DNA of 64,000 bases, taken from contig OX597833.1 of assembly GCA_951406725.2 (NCBI GenBank), positions 42,222,001-42,286,000 of the forward strand, in the 5' to 3' direction. Every line of letters starts with the position of its first letter. The stretch's first letter is position 1. The position numbers and the translations under genes were made by a program. Under the pieces are notes generated by a model that had not been told where the DNA came from, did not search any database, and saw only the letters and a list, made by a program, of their open reading frames with translations. Shown here piece by piece: positions 39,932-51,634 of the stretch. Origin of the DNA: Octopus vulgaris (taxonomy: Eukaryota).

Positions 39932-41099
39932 CATACATACATACATCATCATCATCATCATCATCATATATGATATTTCTTTTGCTTTCATTGATTGAGC
40001 TTTTGATTAATATTGGGTCAGATATGTCTTCCAATTACATAACTAAACAGGAGGTGAACATGGCCCTTGTTAATAGATACTTTTGTATTAAGCAATTAAA
40101 TCCAAGGGTTTTAGTTGATCACACTGACCTCAATTAATTTTATTGTCTGGTAGTTATTTTATTGATATCTATCACATCACTAAGTTACATTTGGCATGAA
40201 TGAAAACATAGACATCCTCCTCCTTCCTGCTCCTGCTCTCCTTTCCATCCTCTCCTTCTTCTCTCCCCTCCTACCCCATCCTCTTCCCCTTCTCTTCCCC
40301 TCCTTTCCTCATTACCCTCTTCTCCTCATTACCCTCTTCTCCTCATCACCCTCCTTTCCTCATCACCACTTATTCCCCCTGTCCCTTCCTCATCAGCCAC
40401 CACTACTATCTTTATTTTTGCACTTGCATTTACATTCTTGTACAAATTGGACAATTTGTCATGGGCCAAATCAGTTTTAATTCAAAGCTAATGTCCTTGG
40501 GAATCACATCTCAGTCATATGCCCCATTTTTGATGTTTCCTATTGCCTGATGCCCTTCCTATTGCCAATCAATTTACAATGTGTACTGGGATAGTATCTT
40601 TAGTGGCAGCTGTATTAGAAAGGTTGCCTTCTCCCATGCAAGTCTAGAGTCTTTTCTACCCTACATTCTCATTATTCACCAATCACTTTACAGAGTGTAC
40701 TATATTCATTTTACTAGAAGAGGCTGTCATGTCTTTAGCAAGACTAGAATCTTCTCTACAATATGATGTCTCTGTTCATTTGTTCACTAGCATCAGTGGA
40801 GGTTGTCTCATCCTTTGCAGTTAAAGGAGAGAATGATGAAGGAGGACCATAGTGAGAGGTTGACAGGGAACAAATCAAAGAGAGCCAGTGTAGTAGAAGC
40901 AAAAGGATAAGAGAGAATAAGGAGGAAAAGAGAAAGGGAGTGATAGAAAAGGTGAGTGATAGATGAGACAGTAATAGAAAATAGTGGGGAATTGAGTGTT
41001 TGTATATTTACTTGTGTGTGTATGTTCATGTGTTTATGTATACACGCACGTGCACACATACACACACACAACACATTTTCTGCATAGTTTCTTGGATAA

Positions 41100-41318
41100 C
41101 CCTTTACTATTTAAACCGGCCATCTCCGACCAAAATAGCTAATCTGTTTTATGTTCAAACTGACCAGATCCAGGCTCTCACACCTACCCTACAATGTTAT
41201 TCTACATTAAGTAATTACACCATCAAGCTCTTGAAGATATGCGATAATGCATGATTAATTCAAATCAATGGGAATCAATAGGCATTATGTTTGATTGAAT
41301 AATCTGAACACTGAAGGG
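41100..41318 (+). mobile_element. piggyBac-type MITE
   Basis: ataa|cccttt ... gaaggg|ttaa. Confidence 0.78.
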
Positions 41319-42891
41319 TTAACTATTGATTCACAGTTGGATTGAACCTAGAACCATGTGATTGCTAAGCAAATTTGACCTACATAGTTATTAAATAAGT
41401 CAATAACATATTGTTATTGATGTTGTTGTTTAGCCCAAGGTCAACTCTAATCAAATGCATCTATAATAATCAAAGTTGTTCCAGCTATGACTACCCTGTT
41501 TTTTTTTATCCAGGTATAGTACATCAAGGACTCTAATATCAGATATGTGACATGCAACTTTAGAAATAGTGTTCTTGCATATTTGTTTCATCAGTTGTCT
41601 CTGTTTCAACTGTATTTAATTCATGTTCATTGACTGCCTAAAAGTTACAGCTAGATATATCATAGTTCATATATTGTTACCATATAAAGTATATCTGGCA
41701 ACTAGCTAGGGAGCTTGGAGCTTATATATTATTACTAGGCTACATTTTCCAAAGCCAACACACTCAGTGTTCAACAGTATAAGCTGTAAGCATTTTATAG
41801 GAAAAACATAGTGACAAATCTTCATGAAAAGATTATATTTGTTATTCACTCATATATAGTTAGCTGCACAGTAACTCCTATTTTACAAAAGCCACACACA
41901 GAAACTGTCTATCCATACAGTAAATTACTACACATTGGATCACACAGGATGGTTTTCAACCAGATGGAGACATGATATATCTGGAGCACTGAATCTGTAA
42001 GTTGCATTTAGTCTTCTAATCTTTGCCAAACAACTGTCTATGTGTTGTAGTGTTGGCTTGGTAAAAGTTGACCATATATTTGTGTGTATATGTAGATTCG
42101 TTTGTGTGTGTGTGTGTGCATTCAATACATGTACATGTAAGCAACAATATAACTTATTTTCAATTTTATTTCATCCATGGACTTTAATGTTTGTTTGAGA
42201 ATGTTTATGTTACATTTCTCTACATATGTTTATGTTACATTTCTCTACATATATGGTCAATATCTGAATGCATTTTGTACTGCTAACAAATATGAATGTT
42301 TGACTTTAATGAATGTTTGAGAATGTTTATGTTCGGATGTCACTTCTTCACTTAACACATAATGGCTTGCCTACACATGTGTAACCAGTAGCATCCTTCC
42401 AAAGTTATTTTCAATCATATTCAATCAATGTATATGAATATGCAGATAAAGCATGCCTAAAAAAACACTACAATGCAAGCTTCCTGAAAACCAGGCATGA
42501 GAAGCTCCAGAATATATGTTTACAAGTAGTATTACACACACTAGATATTAACACCTATTTCTGAATGGACAGTTATATAATGATCCATTGCACAACCAAG
42601 TGCCACTTACTTCTGAGCAAAAGTCATGTAAGATAATTTAAAATGCAAAGAGCAAAAGTTTAGAACGTATTACTCAGGGATGGAGTTCAAAAACATACAG
42701 AGATAGGTGGAGTAGTGTGGTTAATGCTAGCTTTGCAATCCTGTAGACCTAGATTTGGTCCCACTGCATGAAAGCCATGACCTGTAAGTGTCCCTTTACT
42801 AAAGAACATAGTAAAATTTCTGGACCTTGGACCTTTTTCTTAGATTTTGGGCTGTTAGAGGTTATTTTTGTAAAACATGTTATAAAGTTAA

Positions 42892-43193
42892 AGATGTAAA
42901 TGTATATTATTAATGTAAAGTGGAATTGAGGAAGACCATGGTCTGAACAGAACCAAAAAAAAAAAAAAATCAATCAATCTAACTGATAAATATTTAAATT
43001 AACACACAGTAGGTGAAGAACAGAGTTTTGAACAACTCATCTATCCCTGTGAATTAATAGACTATAAATGTGCATGTGCATGTGTGTGTGTGTGTGCATA
43101 CGTGCAACTGTTTATGATAAACACTCATTTTTACAATATATTAGGAAAATTTTATCTACATACATACTACATAAACATAAATACATACGCATG
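42892..43193. repeat. Left arm of ~300-bp near-perfect inverted duplication
   Basis: Reverse complement of 44799-45095 with only a few differences. Confidence 0.92.
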
Positions 43194-43962
43194 GTATATT
43201 TTCTTTTTGTACTTTTTCTTCCCTCTTCCTTTTCTTATTCCCCATTTTTCTTTTATGCTTTTGTTTTTCCTTCCTCTTTTTATTTATTTTTCCTTCATTT
43301 TTTCTCTTTTCTTTTTCTTCACACATTGTTACTTTTGTGTGCAAACCAATGGCCACCCCTGCCTGATGTTGTTTTCAGGATCACCTGACTGGAATCAATT
43401 GAGCAAATTTCAAAAACTACAATGCTAGTTGTTTGAGGGCAAAAAAACAAGAACTTTTGGTAGTAACTCCAGCAGATTCAGTTTTAAATAGAAATTTTTT
43501 CCCCATACATAATATTATTTTTTAAAATTGATTTTACCTCAAACCAATGTGAAATCACCATTGAAATCATTATCCATTGCACAATACATATAATTCGTTT
43601 TTAACTCTGGAACTCGAAGTAGATAAAGCTATAAATAGTAGCATATAAATATTGGGTTCAAAAACCTTTGGATACAAAACGTTGATGGTTGCACATAGGA
43701 CACAAACCCACATCTTCTGTAAGCATGGACCAAAGCAATACTTCGAAATTCTCTATTCATTTTAGAGGTTTTGTTCTCTCCAGCAAGAATTGCATGTAGT
43801 TTATGGCATAAGAATTTAGAAACTTCAAGTGATGTGAAAAGATTTGTTTTTAACATTGGAACTTGAAGCAGACAAAGCTATAATTTATCTATGCGAAAAG
43901 AAAAATATGAAATGTCTTGTGTCAGGATATTGTTTAACAGCATGTCAGCCTTGTTTGAGTAA

Positions 43963-43993
<31 letters not shown>

Positions 43994-44414
43994 ATACACA
44001 CACTCATGCATTGAGAGAGAGGGAGTGGGCATAAATATGTATGCATACATCTATACTTGCAGACAAATATGCAAAGAAATATCAATATATATGAAGACAT
44101 GTAAACAAATGACCATATACACATTCAACATGCACAAGCTTGGATAGGTGTGTTTTTTTAATGGTAGTGTATGATTTGAGTGTTTTGTCTAAGCAACCAC
44201 ATGGAGGTCCCTTCAGTAGCTTTTCTCTTAATATATTGTGACATTAGAGGTTATCACTGAAACCATCTCTTGTTCCTTTTACATCTAGAACCAGGCTGTG
44301 TGTGTGTGTATGTGTATGTGAGTGTATTTACAGAGAGAGAGAGAGAGAGAGAGAGAATCTATAGTACTTAGCTGGCATTTTACAATTGTTACTTAAAGTT
44401 TCATCTCTTGGATT

Positions 44415-44543
44415 GTCCTTGTTATTTCCTCGTGTTTCTTTCTGTTGAAGAGCGTAGGCTCAAAACATAAAAGACTTTCTCACTTTCCTGAGCATCAAAC
44501 TAATACACCTGTCTTCGTCTTTTATTTTTCTGTAAATTTCAGC
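44415..44543 (+). mobile_element. Penelope-type pLTR/retrozyme-like module with decayed hammerhead-like motif
   Basis: tcttt-ctgttga-a-gagc(gtag)gctc-aaaa-cat-a-aaaga at 44437-44474; GAAA and CGT appear altered by CpG decay. Confidence 0.6.
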
Positions 44544-44575
44544 TATATATATGTATGTATGTATGTATATATATA

Positions 44576-44761
44576 GGGAAAGTTTAGGAAAAAAACAAAA
44601 GACGAAGACAGGTGGTGTACAAAACAAACAGATGTATTAGTATAACGCTCAGGAATAGAAAAAGTCTTTTACGTTTCGAGCCTATGCTCTTCCACAGAAA
44701 GGTACACAGAAAAAACAAGGAAAGAAAAAAATGTGTGTAGTGGTTAACGATCTATCATGGT

Positions 44762-44764
<3 letters not shown>
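44576..44764 (-). mobile_element. Second copy of the same module, inverted
   Basis: Reverse complement aligns with 44415-44543 (aaagacttt...cctgagc...actaataca...cctgtcttcgtctttt). Confidence 0.7.
44665..44702 (-). ncRNA. Minimal type I hammerhead-ribozyme-like motif with variant core (CUGUGGA)
   Basis: Minus strand: cttt-CUGUGGA-a-gagc(auag)gcuc-GAAA-CG-UA-aaag; stems I and II pair and stem III is the self-complementary ACGU. Activity unproven. Confidence 0.5.
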
Positions 44765-44798
<34 letters not shown>

Positions 44799-44800
<2 letters not shown>

Positions 44801-45095
44801 TGCATGTATGTATTTATGTTTATGTTGTATGTATGTAGATAAAATTTTCCTAATATATTGTAAAAATGAGTGTTTATCATACAGTTGCACGTATGCACAC
44901 ACACACATGCACTTGCACATTTATAGTCTATTAATTCACAGGGATAGATGAGTTGTTCAAAACTCTGTTCTTCACCTACTGTGTGTTAATTTAAATATTT
45001 ATCAGTTAGATTGATTGATTTTTTTTTTTTTTGGTTCTGTTCTGACCATGGTCTTCCTCAATTCCACTTTACATTAATAATATACATTTACATCT
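44799..45095. repeat. Right arm of ~300-bp inverted duplication
   Basis: Reverse complement of 42892-43193. Confidence 0.92.
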
Positions 45096-46069
45096 CACAT
45101 TTATGGTATATAGGGGTTGTTGTGTGTTACCTTGCTACCCACAAAGCCTTTCGTAGTCATGTCGATATGCTAAAGAAATGTCTCACTGAACTTGATACCG
45201 TTTGAGTGAATCTATTTGAAATTTTGTCAAAGTTGTTTCCTTTTCACCTGAAGTATGGGAAGATGTGAGAATATATAAAATAAAGAAGTACTCCACCTTC
45301 CAATAGAAAATAAATAAATAAATAAAAGAAAAAAGGAAAAGAAATTCTGTGACAATTACAAGAACATCAACAAAAATGATAATGGAACTATATCCAGATC
45401 TTTTGGTTTTGGGAATATTGCTGTAAATTTATTTATTTATTTATTGTTTTTTTTTGTAATGAAGTGTTTGGCAAGATTTTTCTGTGAATGGAATTGTAGA
45501 AGAGAAGAGAGGGAGAGAGAGAGAAAGAGAGAGAGAAGGTTGGCAGTGAGTACGTGTGGGGGTGGGGTCTAGGTTGGTTGGCTGGCTAGCTATCGACAGA
45601 CAAGAGATATAGAGTGAAGGAGGTGTATGTCAGTGGGGGGAGGGGCGAAGGGAGGGAGGGAGGAAGGGAGAGTTAGCAATGACATCTCCAATCTATTGCC
45701 ACTCACTTTGATGTATTTGTAAGGTGGTGGTGGTGGTGGGAGGGAAAATGCCAATTTGCATATTCATGATGTGTTGGCTTGTATTAGCATGTCCACACAC
45801 ATGATTTGCATTTGTTTCTTTAGTCGCCCCCCACCCTCTCCCTTTTTCTTCTTCTTCTTCTTCCTCTGTCTGTCTGTTTCTCTTTCTCTCTCTTCCATAA
45901 TACTGAATATTCGTTATTGATTGCATACATCACCTTCCACCTCTGCTGCCATTCCCATTGCATTCACTGCTGTTATTGGCAGAGCCACTGCTGCTGCTGC
46001 TAGTTCCTGCTGCTGTCCCCTCAACACACTCTTGCCATCTCTTCCCTCATCCACATATCTATCTATCTA

Positions 46070-46100
<31 letters not shown>

Positions 46101-46443
46101 ATCTGATACCCATACATATCCTATACCTCCAAACTCTACATGTAGTGTATGTACATAAATAAGTAAGCTTACTGGCCTATTGACCCTCCCCCCTCCAACG
46201 CCAACCCTTCCCTTCTCCTTATACCCCACCCTCACCCCACAATGGTCCTAACATTCTTCCTTTTTCTCCTAATCTCCTTCTTTCCCCTCTATCCCCCCTC
46301 CTCCTCTTCCTCCTCTTTAGTTCCACTAACTCCCAAACTCAGTACATATTTGCTAACCCCGCTTCACCTCACTCATCCCACTTGCCCTTAAGCTTTTGAA
46401 TATTCATGGCTTCTTTGCCAGTCTTGTTGTAAAAGCTTCACAA

Positions 46444-46444
<1 letters not shown>

Positions 46445-46531
<87 letters not shown>
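46445..46531. repeat. (CA)n microsatellite
   Basis: Pure dinucleotide run. Confidence 0.95.
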
Positions 46532-46532
<1 letters not shown>

Positions 46533-47488
46533 TTTGAAGCTGGCTCTTGTTTTCATACATGTAAAAAAAAAAAAGGGAAAAAAACCCCCCAAAAGATAGG
46601 AAGCCGCAAGTAACTCCCATTCATCCACCCAGCTAAAGAAAACCCCTCCCCTTAAAAAACTCCAAAGAAAAATATATTTCCGGGGGGGGGGGGTTTTACT
46701 GCCACTATTGCTATTATTATTATTATTATTGTTGATGTTGTTGTTATTGTTGTTGTTGTTGATATTTTGTTGTTGTTCATACTGTGGCTATACTTAAACA
46801 ACAACAGCAGAAAAACATCACCTTCACCATCATCATCATTATCATCATCATATTCATCAATATCATTATACTCATCATCATCATAACCACCACCACCATC
46901 ACCACCACCACCACCACCACCATCATCATCATGTTCATGACCATCATCAGTTTGCTTGGACAAGCAGACAAGTCAACAGTAGAAATACAGCTGTTGTAGT
47001 TTGGTTGGTACATCTATCTCTCTCTATCTCCTTCTGTTTCTCTCTCTCTCTCTTTCTCTTTCTTCTCCCTCTTTCTCTCTGTCTCTCTGTTGTTTATTTC
47101 TCTGATGGTATCGAAATATTGTCCAAGAGTGGCCACCACTGGCTAGTGGCCTGCCTGAAACCAGCCCTCCACTTTTGTTTTCATCCTTCCTTTCCTCCTT
47201 CCTTTCTGCGTGATGTCATCATCCATGTGTCCTTGTTGTGAAACCAAAATCATAGGACTTGTAATCCCAGGTTAGTATATATATATATGTATATACACAC
47301 ACACACATACACGCGCATACAAATGTTCACAAAAGTACATATACTCAAATATACAAACATATACTCAGAATTGTTTACAGAAATAGTCATGCAGACACAC
47401 ACACATGCATGCTCACACACTCAAACACAGAGACATAAATACGTATATATATAAATCTATACTTGCAGACAAATATGCAATCATATGC

Positions 47489-47526
<38 letters not shown>

Positions 47527-47775
47527 CAAAGACATGAAAACAAATGACCGTAGACACATTCAACAAGCATAAGCATGGATAGGTGTGCATATGTACCCTG
47601 CCACACAAGATTGACACTTTCAGAAAAGTGACTTTCACCAAAATTTTGTTACATTTCTTTATATTCTACTAATATTCTTCACACCGTGTTATCATGATCT
47701 TTTCCTCTGTTCCATATTTTATCTTTCAAATATTATTATTTACATTTATTTGTTGGATGTATGTATGTATGTATG

Positions 47776-47827
<52 letters not shown>

Positions 47828-48044
47828 GAAAAACAAGCTCAAATACTCTCCTACTTACTAGTTTGTAGATTTCCCCTTCCCCCCACCGATTATCTTGACA
47901 ATATTAACTTTTTGTAGTTTCATTTAATTTCCTCGTAACATGTTGTATTCTTAGTATTGGTCTATTAGCGTAGAATGGGACAGAATTGGTCTTTGGGTTT
48001 GTAGTGTCATACACATACAGGCCTAATACACCACCCGATGTAAT

Positions 48045-48497
48045 TTTGGTTTCAAATTTTAGCACAAGGCCAGTAATATTGGGGAAGTGGGTAAGTTGAT
48101 TACAATGACCCCAGTGTTCAGCTGGTACTTTACGTATATTTCATTGACCCCAAATGGATGAAAAGTAAAATCGACCCTAGTGGAATTTGAACATAGAATG
48201 TAAAGACAGACAAAAAAAAAGCAATAAGTATTCTACCCAGTGTGATAACTCTTCAGCCAGCTTGGCACCTTATAGTATAAATATTGTTTTCAAATTTTGG
48301 CACAAGGCCAGCAATTTCTGGGATGTGGGTTAGTGTAATCGACCTCCAGTGCTCAACTGGTACTTATTTTACTACCCATGAAAGGACGAAAGGCATAGTC
48401 AACCCTGGTAAAATTTGAACACAGAAGGTAAAGCCAGACAAAATGCCACTGAGCATTTTGTTCTGCATGCTAACTACTCTGCCAGCTTGCTGCCTTT
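48045..48497 (-). mobile_element. Two tandem diverged family A-related SINEs
   Basis: Two consecutive ttcaaatttt.gcacaaggccag...ctggtactt...atttgaac...gccagcttg modules. Confidence 0.8.
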
Positions 48498-48768
48498 ATC
48501 TGATGTAATATTACTGCCACCACCAGCATCACCATTACCATTTCTTGGATGTCCTTTAGTAAAATCCTCTCTATTGCAAGCATTTGGTCCACAATACCAT
48601 CCCTTTCTTTTTAGTATTCACCTTATCCATATTTTCCTTATAGATATTGACCTGCAAGTGTTCAAACTGGGTAACACCCAGTCATTCAATTTGGCCAGTA
48701 TGAGTGAAGGGCTTATAGATATTTTGAGTACAATACCTTCTCCTCTGGCAACTTATATATATATGTAT

Positions 48769-49085
48769 TGTGAAGGCACATGGTTTAGTGGTTAGGGCAT
48801 TCAGCTCATGATTGTAAAGTTATGAGTTCAATTCCCGGGGATGCATTGTGTCCCTGAGCAAGACACTTTATTTAACATTGCTCCAGTCCACTCAGCTGGC
48901 AAAAATGAGTTGTACCTGTATTTCAAAGAACCAGCCTTGTCACATTCTGTGTCAGGCCGAAAACTGATTTAAGGGTACGCACTTCTGTAAAATGCTCACC
49001 CACTTGCATCATAATTTCATGAGCTGGTTGTTTTGTCGATCAGATCAACTGAATCATTATCATCATAACTGACGAAGTGCCAGTG
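48769..49085 (+). mobile_element. tRNA-derived SINE sharing its head with family E
   Basis: tgtgaaggcacatggtttagtggttag, B-box gagttcaattcc, ttgtgtccctgagcaagacacttta; flanked by (TA)n. Confidence 0.75.
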
Positions 49086-49116
<31 letters not shown>

Positions 49117-49323
49117 TTTATATATGATGATGATGATGATGATTGCCTCATCTTGTCAGATGTTAGCCACTTCACATTCAGCCTGATTGTTCTGATTTGC
49201 TTACTTTCAAACTTGCATGTGCGCAGATATCCATCACATTGGGACTTTATAAAATACATAACAGATCGAGAAATGATCTGTATGTAACTGGACTTAAGCG
49301 ACAAAAGCTTGTACAACACTTCT

Positions 49324-49557
49324 TATTTCTTTATTGCCCACAAGGAGCTAATCATAGAGGGGACAAACAAGGACAGACAAAGAGATTAAGTCGATTACAT
49401 CGACCCCAGTGCGTAACTGGTACTTAATTTATCGACCCCCGAAAGGATGAAAGGCAAAGTCAGCCTCGGCAGAATTTGAACTCAGAATGTAACGGCAGAC
49501 GAAATACTGATAAGCATTTCGCCCAGCGTGCTAACGTTTCTGCCAGCTTGCTGCCTT
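49324..49557 (-). mobile_element. SINE family A, full length, young
   Basis: 18-bp TSD agcttgtacaacacttct at 49306-49323 and 49558-49575. Confidence 0.92.
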
Positions 49558-49952
49558 AGCTTGTACAACACTTCTGCCACTCTCTGTCACCGTAGTAGGT
49601 TCCAGTGACAAGTATTGCAAAGTGACGGGTACTATGTTGACTACAAGTTTTATGTCAGAGCATCTTTCTCCTAGAAGAGCTGCTTCCCCCATGATTTTGT
49701 TGAAAGTTACAGGAGCCTTCTCTTACCCTGAGAACTGTATTTAACACATAGATGAGACCCTGACAGGTACTACCACTCTGGGTTAGAACAAACCTGGACA
49801 TAATAGTAACCAAGGTATGATTCCATGCTCCTCATAACTCCAAAACTGGAGTCTCACCTCTAGATGCAGCTTAATGCTATACCCAGGAGGGTTACGGTTA
49901 GGGTTATGTCCATAGTTGTCTGCCATATTTGCTAGAAAAATGAAAAAATAAA

Positions 49953-50183
49953 GGCGGCGAGCTAGCAGAAACTTTAGCATGCCAGGCGAAATGCATAGCC
50001 GTATTTCGTCTGCCGTTACGTTCTGAGTTCAAATTCCGCCAAGGTCGACTTTGCCTTTCATCCTTTCGGGGTCGATTAAATAAGTACCAGTTACACACTG
50101 GTGTCGATATAATCGACTTAATCCGTTTGTCTGTCCTTGTTTGTCCCCTCTGTGTTTAACCCCTTGTGGGTAGTAAAGAAATA
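49953..50183 (+). mobile_element. SINE family A, full length, with extra 5' segment inside the TSD
   Basis: 16-bp direct repeat gctatacccaggaggg at 49876-49891 and 50184-50199. Confidence 0.9.
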
Positions 50184-50924
50184 GCTATACCCAGGAGGGG
50201 GAGACACACACACACACACATGCGTAGGTTTATGCTCATGGCAACTATAAGCCCTTTTCTCATACTATTTAAATTGATATGTCTCATGTTGACCAATCTG
50301 AACACCTGTGAGATTGAGGTGACTGATTTCTCCCAGCTTGAACACCTGCAGGTCAGTGTCTGTAAGGAAATCATGACCAAAGTGAAAAGAATGGCAGTGT
50401 GACTGAAGGGTCTGTAGGTGCCCAGAGTGGTTAATATCAGCTACATCACATTCATCAGTATTAGAAATGGGTCTACTGATATCATGAGCTCTGTCCCTTC
50501 TCCTAACCCAAATTAGGATATAGTTTATGACAGCGTGTGAGTTCCTAACCAATTTAAGTTTACTGTATAGATGTTATTATGTAATGGTTTGTCTCCTTAA
50601 CATACCTCTCTGCTTAGTTATTTGCTGGCATAATTACAATACTCTTTTGAGGTGATAGATTTAATGTCACTTGGTTTAACATCACCACTTTGCCTTTAGG
50701 TACCTTTAGCAGAATCCATTTTGTTGGTCTGGGACTTTGAATGAGGATTATCTCCCTTCCACTTAGTAGTCTCAGAAACACTGAAAAGGGTCATCGTTGT
50801 TGTTCTTCCCCACAAAGGAGGTAACAAATAGGGACTTTCAGATATTTTAACTTTTAACATGGAAGAAATTTCCCTGGTACTACTCAAATACTGAATTTTT
50901 GTTGTTTGGAGAATAGTTTTTCTT

Positions 50925-51124
50925 TATTTTTTTTACTTGCTCCAGTCATTAGACTGTGGCTATGCTGGAGCATCTCCTTGAAGAATTTTAGTTGAATTAA
51001 TTAACCCCCCGTACTTATTTCTTTTTTTAAACTTGGTACTTATTCTGTCAGTCTTTTTTTTTGCCAAACTGGAGGATGTAAACACACCAACACTGGTTGT
51101 CAAGCAATGGTGAGAACAAGCACT

Positions 51125-51170
<46 letters not shown>

Positions 51171-51317
51171 TGATGGGCCTCTTTCAGTTTCTTTTTACCA
51201 AATCCACTCAGAAGGATTTGGCTGGCCTAAGGCTAAAAGATATGTGCCCAAGATGCCATACAAGATGCAACCCAGGACCATGTGGTTGGGAAGCAAGCTT
51301 CTTACCACACAGTCACA
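50925..51317 (-). mobile_element. SINE family B, old copy
   Basis: Aligns with 29195-29583, including the internal (CA)n. Confidence 0.75.
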
Positions 51318-51318
51318 C

Positions 51319-51634
51319 CATCATCATCATCATCATCATCATCATCGTTTAGCGTCCGCTTTCGATGATAGCATGGGTTGGACGGTTCAGCTGGGGTCTG
51401 GGAAGCCAGAGGGCTGCACCAGGCCCAGTCTGATCTGGCAATGTTTCTATGGCTGGATGCCCTTCCTAACGCCAACCACTCCGTGAGTGTAGTGGGTGCT
51501 TTTTACGTGCCACTGGCACAGGTGCCAGACGAGGGTGGAAAACGGCCACGATCGGATGGTGCTTTTTACATGCCACCAGCACGGAGTCCAGGCGAGGCTG
51601 GCAAACGGCCACGATCGGATGGTGCTTTTTACGT
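51319..51634 (-). mobile_element. Family C retroposon
   Basis: (CAT)n tail, then reverse complement of about 22020-22300. Confidence 0.85.

Noticed and set aside
43368-43465. Exon inside the inverted duplication (acceptor-like gttgttttcag)
   Set aside because: All three frames hit stops and the donor is weak; a non-coding exon cannot be assessed without RNA data.
42749-45205. Two ORFs sharing FFFFWFCSDHGLPQFHFTLIIYIYI as a duplicated gene
   Set aside because: By-product of the 300-bp inverted duplication; low-complexity peptide with no coding signal.
49890-49906. Interstitial telomeric repeat (ggttacggttagggtta)
   Set aside because: Only one perfect TTAGGG unit.
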